DNA from: a virus
Lineage: Duplodnaviria; Heunggongvirae; Uroviricota; Caudoviricetes
Length of the DNA: 29,002 nucleotides
Reading direction: 5' to 3' (one strand)
Virus record (IMG/VR): IMGVR_UViG_3300021256_000063
Span: 128,001 to 157,002 of that record
The notes under the pieces were generated by a model. The model saw nothing but the letters and a program-made list of their open reading frames with translations, made no database searches and had not been told where the DNA came from. The position numbers and the translations under genes are program-made. Shown here one piece after another: positions 10,988-18,686 of the stretch (position 1 is the stretch's first letter; every line of letters begins with the position of its first letter).

Positions 10988-11458
10988 TTATCCAAACTTT
11001 TTGCAGTATGCCAGCCCAATACATATAGCATCTGCTTCGTCATCATTTACATCCATATTAAGATTATCCTTAATATATTTAATTGAAGCTTTCTTAAACT
11101 CATCTCGTTTTCTACCAAATGCCTGAAGCTTCACATACTTACGCCATTCACTGGGCGCAAATTCATAATATGTAATTCCATTAAATAAACAAAAACCATA
11201 GACCGCTCCAATAATTTTCATGAGCATATCTATAACTTTCATATTTCCAAACACAACATCTTTTTCAATAACAATAATATCGGGCTTTAATTGTCCAATA
11301 CTATCTAATAACTCTTTTGTCATTAATTTAAGACGTTCATAGCCATTCTTTACTTTTTTAAAATCATCAATGACACCAGATTCTTGATATTCACCATCTT
11401 TGAAAATAGCCCATCCCGTAGATGTAGTACTGGTGTCAAGAGATAGAAGAGTAGTCAT
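10988..11458 (-). CDS. RuvC-like Holliday junction resolvase
   Basis: RNase H-fold RuvC motifs LLSLDTSTTSTGWAIF, PDIIVIEK and DDEADAICIG; 156 aa; GGAGG RBS. Confidence 0.85.
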   Translation of the reverse strand: MTTLLSLDTSTTSTGWAIFKDGEYQESGVIDDFKKVKNGYERLKLMTKELLDSIGQLKPDIIVIEKDVVFGNMKVIDMLMKIIGAVYGFCLFNGITYYEFAPSEWRKYVKLQAFGRKRDEFKKASIKYIKDNLNMDVNDDEADAICIGLAYCKKFG

Positions 11459-11703
11459 ATCGTATCCTCCTCAAGTTCATACTTGCACCATAACTCATAG
11501 GCTTCTTTAGTTTCCTCTTTTAAGAAAATCATTACTAAAATCGTCTTGCCTGTCTTCCTGTCCATACCTGTATACACATCAATAGGATAAATCCCATTCG
11601 CTATATATAATTTAAATTGCTTCGAATTAACTATCCGTACTACTTCAGATGGATAATAAGGTCGTGGATGAAGATTAGGCGTAATAAGATCATGTCCAAA
11701 CAT
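11455..11703 (-). CDS. Small hypothetical phage protein (82 aa)
   Basis: GAGG RBS; ATGA overlap with the downstream resolvase gene. Confidence 0.7.
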   Translation of the reverse strand: MFGHDLITPNLHPRPYYPSEVVRIVNSKQFKLYIANGIYPIDVYTGMDRKTGKTILVMIFLKEETKEAYELWCKYELEEDTI

Positions 11704-11706
11704 AAT

Positions 11707-11907
11707 TTATTCCTCTCTCTTCTTATTTAAATAGTCCTTGGGACAAACCCATTGACCTTCATGTCTACCAGTTTCTGGATTATAAAGATAGATATAAACT
11801 CTATCCACATCCAAATTTTGCATACCGATCTGTAAATCGCTGTGTTGCTTATGGCGTATATAGAATCCATTCGTTACCTTATATGAATTATTTTCTCTAT
11901 AAAACAT
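11707..11907 (-). CDS. Small hypothetical protein (66 aa, start revised to MFYRENN)
   Basis: AAGGAG at 11915-11920 precedes ATG 11905-11907. The ORF-track start lies in the terminator U-tract. Confidence 0.6.
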   Translation of the reverse strand: MFYRENNSYKVTNGFYIRHKQHSDLQIGMQNLDVDRVYIYLYNPETGRHEGQWVCPKDYLNKKREE

Positions 11908-11929
11908 AGTTGTTCTCCTTTTGCCGTAC

Positions 11930-11972
11930 AAAAAAAGGGCATAACCTCGCCTGAACAGCGTAAGCTATGCCC
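11930..11972 (-). terminator. Long intrinsic terminator with possible antiterminator partner at 12053-12061
   Basis: GGGCAUAGCUU-A-CGCU-guuca-GGCG-AGGUUAUGCCC followed by a U7 tract. Confidence 0.8.
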
Positions 11973-12072
11973 TTTTATCAATATAACTATCCTCTATTAT
12001 GTAATAAAAAACTAGTAATAGGATAGTGTTTGTCAAAAGTCAAAATAATAATCACTGTTCATTCAAAAATAA

Positions 12073-12498
12073 TTAATGCTTCTTACCATTACGATAAGCG
12101 ATTGAGCGAGGAATGTTTTTACTAGATTCACGAGTGGAATCATAGACCGCTTTCTTAACTGTGTCGCCCGCAATCTGTTTTTCAACCTCTTCTTTAACAG
12201 GTTCGGATTCAGACTCTTCTACAGGTTTCTGGTCTTCAACCATAATCTTTTTATAGCTACCAGCCATAGAGTTTTTAAGCATTTTCATTTTACCCTGATC
12301 CATTCCTTGAAGCACCTTACGGGCATCTTCTTTAGAGGTTTGTCCCGCTTCAAAAGAGGAAAGTACGTCAAACAAATCTACGCACTCCTTACTACAATAC
12401 ATTGTCATATATGAAGGGTAATTAAGAAATCTATCACAATTTGTGCAGTATTCATAATGTTTTCCACATACGACACAAGTTCTATCATATTTTCCCAT
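12073..12498 (-). CDS. Zinc-finger hypothetical protein (141 aa)
   Basis: CVVC-x6-CTNC...YCSKEC cysteine pattern; AAGGAG RBS; charged C-terminal tail. Confidence 0.75.
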   Translation of the reverse strand: MGKYDRTCVVCGKHYEYCTNCDRFLNYPSYMTMYCSKECVDLFDVLSSFEAGQTSKEDARKVLQGMDQGKMKMLKNSMAGSYKKIMVEDQKPVEESESEPVKEEVEKQIAGDTVKKAVYDSTRESSKNIPRSIAYRNGKKH

Positions 12499-12502
12499 AT
12501 TT

Positions 12503-13744
12503 TTACGCTCCTTTGTTTCGTTTCTTATGATTACCTTTTAAAGATTCTCGATAATCACATAATCCTAATTCTCTCCCTTTCTGTAAATATCGCACCACAG
12601 TACCAATATGAACATGGTATTCATCTGCAATATTAGCAAGAGTCATATTAGGATTATTCTTATATAATTTACAAGTTGCAATTAACACATTTTTTTGTGC
12701 TGCTAAGTCGGCTTTATTAAAATCAACATTAGAATAATCAAATGGTATATTAGATTTAATTAAAGATTGTATGATATAATCTTTTTCAGAACGACTACAA
12801 TCTAACTCAATATAGTGTTTAATTCCATTTTGCAAAGCTAATTCTTTCTTTTGTTTATCAATCTTTCTTTGCAGTTCTATTTTATGCCATCCGTCTTCAT
12901 AATGTTGTGCGCCATTCGTTTCTACAATACAATGGTATTCTGGCAAATAAAAATCATACCGATATTTTTCACACCATTCAAAATCAGATTTATTTAATTG
13001 AGTCTTATATTTCACCCCTACTTGCTCTAAAATATTAAGAAAAAATTTTTCTGGATAACTAAACCCATCAGAACACTTAGGACATGCAAAAGATTGAAAA
13101 TATAAATTGCTCACACACATTTTCTTTTTAAAACCACAAATAGGACATGTCATATCAGTTTTTTTATTACTGGTCTTAGTATGTGTATGAACATAATTAA
13201 TATCATCAATATAAGGAACAGCCCAAGGTATGGTAGTAGATATATCATTTACACCTACAATAACCTTAGTCCCCGCACAACAACCGCATCCTTTACCGTC
13301 TCTTAAATCTGCCTCATTAACCCAGAAATCATCCATAGCGCAATCATATCCACATATTAAACATCTGTATTGATAATATTTATGATTTCTATTATTTGGA
13401 TTATTATTTATTTCAACGTATTTTCTTGCGGTTATTAATATATTTCTATCATGTGAACCAATATGATCTTTAATTATATCACCTTCAGCATATTTCCATT
13501 CTATTGTTTGCCCAAATATTTTGGCAATTCTGCCCTTTTTTATATATTTCCCATAAAGCATATATTTTTTATTTTTATATATCACATATACCTTATCTCT
13601 TGATTCGAAGTCCACAATTTTAAAACTATCCTTTAAACCATCATACTCAAATGGTATACTTAATCCAATAGTATTTCTCCAATCACAGGCTTCTTTACCA
13701 TTTTTCAGAATTTTAGGAACCTCTGTTAAATCACATTTTCGCAT
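12503..13744 (-). CDS. Free-standing homing-endonuclease-like protein (zinc ribbon, Vsr-like/PD-(D/E)xK, C-terminal HTH), 413 aa
   Basis: AAGGAG RBS before ATG 13742-13744 (MRKCDL). Cys pairs CLICG, GCGCC, CPICG, CPKC. Nuclease motif YRYDFYLPEYHCIVETNGAQHY...KKELALQNGIKHYIELD. HTH-like TLANIADEYHVHIGTVVRYLQKG. Visibly more AT-rich than the flanking structural genes. Confidence 0.8.
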   Translation of the reverse strand: MRKCDLTEVPKILKNGKEACDWRNTIGLSIPFEYDGLKDSFKIVDFESRDKVYVIYKNKKYMLYGKYIKKGRIAKIFGQTIEWKYAEGDIIKDHIGSHDRNILITARKYVEINNNPNNRNHKYYQYRCLICGYDCAMDDFWVNEADLRDGKGCGCCAGTKVIVGVNDISTTIPWAVPYIDDINYVHTHTKTSNKKTDMTCPICGFKKKMCVSNLYFQSFACPKCSDGFSYPEKFFLNILEQVGVKYKTQLNKSDFEWCEKYRYDFYLPEYHCIVETNGAQHYEDGWHKIELQRKIDKQKKELALQNGIKHYIELDCSRSEKDYIIQSLIKSNIPFDYSNVDFNKADLAAQKNVLIATCKLYKNNPNMTLANIADEYHVHIGTVVRYLQKGRELGLCDYRESLKGNHKKRNKGA

Positions 13745-13792
13745 ATAATACTCCTTTTTATATTTTTCCTTCTTTTTCTCCCTGAAACTCTG

Positions 13793-13827
13793 AAATAAAA
13801 ACATGGTGGGCTGTGACACCCACCATG
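13793..13827 (-). terminator. Intrinsic terminator downstream of tail tube gene
   Basis: CAUGGUGGG-ugucacag-CCCACCAUG (9-bp stem) followed by UUUUUAUUU. Confidence 0.8.
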
Positions 13828-13843
13828 CCATTAGTTATATTTA

Positions 13844-13871
13844 ATTATAACATGTAAAAGACATGTGTCAA
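13844..13871 (-). promoter_or_regulatory. Consensus sigmaA-type promoter with extended -10, upstream of free-standing endonuclease
   Basis: TTGACA (13866-13871), 16-nt spacer, TATAAT (13844-13849), with TG-n extended -10. Two palindromic ACATGT boxes (13850-13855 and 13861-13866) lie in the spacer. Confidence 0.7.
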
Positions 13872-13874
13872 GTA

Positions 13875-14039
13875 TTACTGCTCAGCATCAGCTGTTGCAT
13901 AGTAAACATGATACAGTGCCTTATCAGTCGAGCAGTAGTCAACCTGCAAGCTGCCGTTGAAGTCCAGAGTAGGATTATCACTATTCAGAGCGATAGTGGT
14001 CTCAGGGCTAGGCTGGAAGGACGGAAGCACGATGTAAAC
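13875..14039 (-). CDS. Major tail (tube) protein exon 2 (missing from ORF track)
   Basis: VYIVLPSFQPSPETTIALNSDNPTLDFNGSLQVDYCSTDKALYHVYYATADAEQ* (54 aa). Same GC-richer codon style as exon 1, no start codon of its own, and directly follows the intron's omega-G. Confidence 0.88.
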   Translation of the reverse strand, partial: VYIVLPSFQPSPETTIALNSDNPTLDFNGSLQVDYCSTDKALYHVYYATADAEQ

Positions 14040-14401
14040 CAAACTGTTACTTTCCCCAGTGCTTGTTGGGTACTGACTATATTACTATAGCGGATAGGAA
14101 TTTCTACCTATCTCTCACGTTTCTTATTTAGATTATTGCGTGAGTTCAGACTATATATCATCCCACATCATTCTTGTGGGCAACAGCTTCGATAAAACAA
14201 TTAGTTGTCTTATCCTGTAGTCGTTGCGGATTCTTGATAATATTACCAAGTCTTTCCTCAGGATTACCCATCTCTGGGCTTCCCCTGATATAGCTGTTAT
14301 TGACACTTATTTTATTTTAACGATGTGCAAGTGTATATAGATTACTCTATAATCGTCATTTACATATTATAAACGAAAAAATCATTATAAATATGCGACA
14401 A
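14040..14401 (-). ncRNA. Group I intron 3 in tail tube gene (ORF-less; 5' boundary uncertain: 14401, 14400 or 14371)
   Basis: P UAUCAGGGGAAG (14279-14290), Q AAUCCUGAG (14257-14265), R CGCAACGACUA (14218-14228), S GAUAUAUAGUCU (14148-14159). P3 AACAGCU/AGCUGUU, P7 GACUA/UAGUC, P8 CCCACA/UGUGGG. P9.0 GAAC/GUUU then omega-G at 14040. P10 GUUUACAU/AUGUAAAU. Confidence 0.9.
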
Positions 14402-15022
14402 AGCGCGCAGCACATCGGCCTCACAGGGATCGACGCAGAGACCCTTGAGAGTCAGACGAACAGTAGCCGGGAACTTATCAGCAGAGTTAAGAATATCAAC
14501 ACCCTCAGTAACCTGACGGTCATACTTAACAACATACTGAGCCTCAGTTGTATCTGTAGGAGGAGTCAGTTTAGTACCGTTCAGACCAAACTCAGTCGCA
14601 GAAGCAGCAGTACCCTGAGTATAAGCCTTACCCATAGCACCATTGGTACCCAGAGCATTCACACTGATACGATTACCAGTAACAAAGCCCTCCAGATCGA
14701 CAGTAGTACCACTCTTAACAGTGATAATCTTAGGCATGACAATAACATTATCAGCAGTAGCGATATTAGCATCGTTACCAGACTGAGCTGCCATAACGTT
14801 CAGGTTGAGCATTGCGTTAGTCGCAGTAAACTCACCAGTTTTTGCGTTCCAGAAACGCTTAATCAGCGTACCGTCCTTATCAACAGCGTCACGAGACTCT
14901 GCGGAAATCTCAATAGAAGCCTCAGAAAGCTGAGTCAGGACATAAAGAGGTGTGCCATCAAATTTCTCGGCATAACCCATGGAAATTCTATCAATAATCA
15001 AATCACCAAGTTTAAAAGCCAT
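14402..15022 (-). CDS. Major tail (tube) protein exon 1
   Basis: AAGGAAGG RBS; beta-rich T/A/G-rich protein with highly-expressed codon bias like the capsid gene; follows the neck genes. About 261 aa after splicing if the 5' site is after GCU. Confidence 0.8.
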
Positions 15023-15043
15023 AGCAATTACCTTCCTTTCTTG

Positions 15044-15895
15044 TTATTTTTTATTTTTAGCAATTCCCCTGTCATATTCATGTTTAATCTCACGCATGAA
15101 GTTGAATTGCTCTTTATCTACTTTAGAAACATCAGCAAAACCTGAATACGAACCGTGTAACAAAGCACTTGTAGATTCAATAATCTGCAATCTTTGCACA
15201 CTATCCATAAATTCATAATAGTTTACGTTTTTTAATTCTTGTTTGTTATACTTGAAACCGGGATGATTTATACAGCCAGATATTAGTGGTAGAAGATAAG
15301 ATGTAGAACTTGTTTCTTCATCTTTTTTAGCATTTAATTTCATTTCTTCTTCTTCAATCATCCACTCTTTAGTAGTACGATCTTTTGCTTTTTCTATTTT
15401 AGGAAACATATTAAAAGCACTTCTTAAATAATAAACGATTACATTATAACTATCTTCGTCTAACTCAAATTCTAATTCAGGATTATAGAGGGTCGAATTT
15501 CGTAAAACTTTGATAATATCTGTAATCCCTTTTTCATCAATATTTGTCCATTCTTCTTCAGGCAGAGTATATATTTCAAACTTAGAAAAATCTAAATCTC
15601 CAAAAATCAATTGGGTCTGCTCTATACTCAGAGTCCTGTAAAGAATTAAAAATAACTGATAATCATTTAAAAAAGTCCAATCAATATTCATATCTTTCCA
15701 AAGGAATAATCGATAACTCGTAGGATTCGCTGTAAATACATTCAACATCGTCCAGAAACTGGATTCGCTATATTGTTTATCATATTCCAAAATATCCCCA
15801 ATAGTAGGCTGATGAATAGTAATGAAATTATTCACTTTAAAATCATCTCCGTAGAATAGCTGCAACTGAGTAATATTAGAATTGACTGAAGTCAT
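15044..15895 (-). CDS. Hypothetical neck/tail-module protein (about 283 aa; start uncertain)
   Basis: Long ORF between the neck genes and tail tube. ATG 15893-15895 chosen to minimise overlap with the upstream gene. Confidence 0.65.
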   Translation of the reverse strand: MTSVNSNITQLQLFYGDDFKVNNFITIHQPTIGDILEYDKQYSESSFWTMLNVFTANPTSYRLFLWKDMNIDWTFLNDYQLFLILYRTLSIEQTQLIFGDLDFSKFEIYTLPEEEWTNIDEKGITDIIKVLRNSTLYNPELEFELDEDSYNVIVYYLRSAFNMFPKIEKAKDRTTKEWMIEEEEMKLNAKKDEETSSTSYLLPLISGCINHPGFKYNKQELKNVNYYEFMDSVQRLQIIESTSALLHGSYSGFADVSKVDKEQFNFMREIKHEYDRGIAKNKK

Positions 15896-16499
15896 CGTAA
15901 ATATTATTCGTGCCCATATGCCCATTAACGACATTAGGCGCTTTCATAAAGAATCTCATTCTACGGATATAATATTGTGCATCAATAATCATAGGCTTAT
16001 CTTCATAACATCTAAGTTGTCTACCTAATGCATTTGTCCAACACAACAGGTCACGAATGATATAACTCAGCAGGTCAGTGCGTGCGATACCATATTCAGT
16101 ATCCATATCATCTTCGTGAACAACACAATATACTTCGATAAGTTCATTTTTAACAGCTTTACCACCACGATCATATCTATCTGTCTGATCCCATATATCA
16201 AACATAATAAAATTAAGCACTTCCTTCTGTACCCCATTTAACTTAATCCAAGGCACAATCTGGTCATGCTTAATCGCTTCATTGTAATCTAATATTTCCT
16301 GACGTTTCTTTAATTCTTCTTCTGTGGGATTATCTTTATCCCTGTATTTATTCAGAGGCTTAGGTTGTTTAGCACCTAATACCTCTTTGAGATCTGGGTC
16401 TTCGTTAAATACTTTCATAAGCTGATCTTTTTTATAAATTATGTCATTACTATTACGATTATCCAAATCTCGTTTTATATTGGCTATATCTCTTTTCAT
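15876..16499 (-). CDS. Putative tail terminator/completion protein (207 aa)
   Basis: GGAGG RBS; ATGA coupling; IEVYCVVHED...RTDLLSYIIRDLL pattern. Function from position. Confidence 0.6.
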   Translation of the reverse strand: MKRDIANIKRDLDNRNSNDIIYKKDQLMKVFNEDPDLKEVLGAKQPKPLNKYRDKDNPTEEELKKRQEILDYNEAIKHDQIVPWIKLNGVQKEVLNFIMFDIWDQTDRYDRGGKAVKNELIEVYCVVHEDDMDTEYGIARTDLLSYIIRDLLCWTNALGRQLRCYEDKPMIIDAQYYIRRMRFFMKAPNVVNGHMGTNNIYDDFSQF

Positions 16500-17761
16500 C
16501 CTATTACCTCCACATCCATGGTAGAGCGACTTTCGCCTGTCATATCAGTAACAGTAAGCGTAAAAGTATGACCAATTAACGTCTTCGCACGCTTAGGATG
16601 AATGGATATAACATTATCATCTATTGTCTCCATTACCATCATATTATCTAAGTGTTTAATTTCAGCATCTGTTAATCCATCAGTATCTTTTAAATTAAGC
16701 TTCCATTCTGATTTCCTTTCAGGTTCAATTACCTGTTCCCCACCAACGGTTCCTGTATAGTATTCAGCCACAAAATAATACGTTCCATTGATTTCTAATT
16801 TGTTATAATCTCTATCTCTAGTTTCCTGATCGACTAAATCTAATTCTAACTCACCATCCTCATTGATATGAGCTGTGTAAATATAACTGGTTAAAGTAGT
16901 ATCTTGAGGTTCAGCTTCTGGAATAACAATTTGCGTTTCGCCTGTATCATCATAATAATTACAAATTAACAGTTCTTTGTTATCACGTTTTTCATCCCAT
17001 TCATCCTGCTTGAGAGTTAAGTTAATAACGCCCATAGGATTAAGGTCAACCACTTTCGTAATCTCATAAACTTTTGGATTTATTTTATTATGAGACATAA
17101 CAAAACGCTGTTCATGCTCCATATATCGAGTGTCACAAAGATTGAAGCGTTTAAGTCCCTCATCACCATAAAGATAATGAGTATCAGGCACCCAACCACT
17201 TGTGATGTTATCAAGGCCAACTGTATAATCAGCAGCCCAGATACCACTCGTGTATGAGTTAGCGTTTCTGCTACATCCGATAATATGCATTAACTCCATC
17301 TTACCATGAACTTTGCATATCCATCTAAAATCCCAATTACACTTCAGAATATTATATCTAACAAACTGCGCATCATCATTCTTATTAACAATCATCCACA
17401 GCTTATTCATATCAAACCCTTCATCTTGAAATGGATCGATAGGCTCAAATTCTTTAAACCCAATATCATCACTTACATCATCAGGTATAAATACATATAA
17501 TCCTATTTGATAATGAGTATTTGGTCTAAATTGAAGATAATAGTCAACAGCATCTTTCAAAATCGACACTGTTGCGTGCTTAGAATATTTGGCATCTTCA
17601 TAATGCCAGCCTCTTTCAGGATCAAGTATATATACACGTTTGTATCCTGTATCACCAGTAAAGGTAGCATTCATTATCATATCTGACTGATTCCGTCTAG
17701 CCTGTGACAAATTCCTACCTCTACTGGTCAACATTGATTTATACATATCTTGTGTAATCAA
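16496..17761 (-). CDS. Putative head-closure/neck protein with beta-rich C-terminal domain (421 aa)
   Basis: Beta-rich ORF in the neck cluster; likely start MITQDMYK (ATG 17741-17743 is an alternative). Function from synteny. Confidence 0.6.
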   Translation of the reverse strand: MITQDMYKSMLTSRGRNLSQARRNQSDMIMNATFTGDTGYKRVYILDPERGWHYEDAKYSKHATVSILKDAVDYYLQFRPNTHYQIGLYVFIPDDVSDDIGFKEFEPIDPFQDEGFDMNKLWMIVNKNDDAQFVRYNILKCNWDFRWICKVHGKMELMHIIGCSRNANSYTSGIWAADYTVGLDNITSGWVPDTHYLYGDEGLKRFNLCDTRYMEHEQRFVMSHNKINPKVYEITKVVDLNPMGVINLTLKQDEWDEKRDNKELLICNYYDDTGETQIVIPEAEPQDTTLTSYIYTAHINEDGELELDLVDQETRDRDYNKLEINGTYYFVAEYYTGTVGGEQVIEPERKSEWKLNLKDTDGLTDAEIKHLDNMMVMETIDDNVISIHPKRAKTLIGHTFTLTVTDMTGESRSTMDVEVIG

Positions 17762-17767
17762 ACCGCA

Positions 17768-18100
17768 TCAATCCTTTGAATTAATTTTATCCACTAAATT
17801 ATGCGAGTCTAACACAAACTTTCTATATACTTGATAATCAAACCGCTCAGAACATGCTTCGTTATAAGCGGCTTGCAGTTTACAACAAATCTCTACAATG
17901 GGTTCAGGATAGAAGAGTAATTCGTTCAATCCGTCTATCTCTTTCATTAGATTCACAAAATACTTTTTGAAATCTACATTTGTATATTTATCTGCTGTTT
18001 TAGGGTCTTTATAGAGTAATAGCCAAAATAATTTTTTATGGAGTTTTTCTTTAAAATCAGCAATTTGGGAATCACTGAATGTTCCATAGAGGTATTCCAT
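17768..18100 (-). CDS. Hypothetical neck-cluster protein (110 aa)
   Basis: GAGGAGG RBS; TAATG overlap with the upstream gene. Confidence 0.7.
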   Translation of the reverse strand: MEYLYGTFSDSQIADFKEKLHKKLFWLLLYKDPKTADKYTNVDFKKYFVNLMKEIDGLNELLFYPEPIVEICCKLQAAYNEACSERFDYQVYRKFVLDSHNLVDKINSKD

Positions 18101-18666
18101 TAGGATTCACCTCCTCTAAGGAACGATGAAGCTGAAGAACCATCAATATATGAATTATTTGTAAGTCCTCTATCTCTGATAAGTTTTCTTTGCAGATAAA
18201 TAGCCTTATCAAGGATTTCATTATTAACGGAATTATGATTAGCTTGTGCATAAAATTTCTCAGCGCTCGTACCATACATCTGCATCAGATTTACAGTGCT
18301 AAACACTAAAGGAGTCATCCACTGAACAATCATTCCATATCCAACTACATCCATAATAAATAATTTATCCAAGCTTTCATTAATAGATCTCACCAATTCA
18401 TATTCAATATGTCCTTCAATAATAACAGGCTCACCTGTTTCTTCATCTATTACAATCTCTCCATCTTCGTCCAACTGTTCAGTTGGGTCTACGATAGAAA
18501 GATTGGTAAACAATCTGCTTACATATGGATCACTAAGACTAGAATAAATTAAACCCCATAAAAACTCATTCCTGTACTCATCAGTAATCTCTTCTGTAAA
18601 CAGATTTAAAATCTCCCCCTTCCGAAGAAAGGAGGAGATCAATTCATCGTATGTAATAGTAGGCAT
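18100..18666 (-). CDS. Putative head-tail connector/adaptor (188 aa)
   Basis: AGGAGG RBS; helical N-terminus TYDELISSFLRK; second gene after the major capsid. Function from synteny. Confidence 0.6.
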   Translation of the reverse strand: MPTITYDELISSFLRKGEILNLFTEEITDEYRNEFLWGLIYSSLSDPYVSRLFTNLSIVDPTEQLDEDGEIVIDEETGEPVIIEGHIEYELVRSINESLDKLFIMDVVGYGMIVQWMTPLVFSTVNLMQMYGTSAEKFYAQANHNSVNNEILDKAIYLQRKLIRDRGLTNNSYIDGSSASSFLRGGES

Positions 18667-18686
18667 GTCAATTACCTCCTATTTAC

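Noticed and set aside
12008-12043. TTGACA/TTGACT -35 boxes in the intergenic region
   Set aside because: The matching -10 candidates (TAGTTT, TATTAC) are weak, so this is not supportable as a promoter.
13820-13831. Tandem Trp codons (MAWW) as a tryptophan attenuator
   Set aside because: No RBS and no metabolic context. The codons are a by-product of the G-rich terminator stem.
14393-15145. 250-aa plus-strand ORF (also 21024-21833, 10441-10845, 438-731 and the other short plus-strand ORFs)
   Set aside because: Antisense shadows of well-supported minus-strand genes, with no RBS or motifs.
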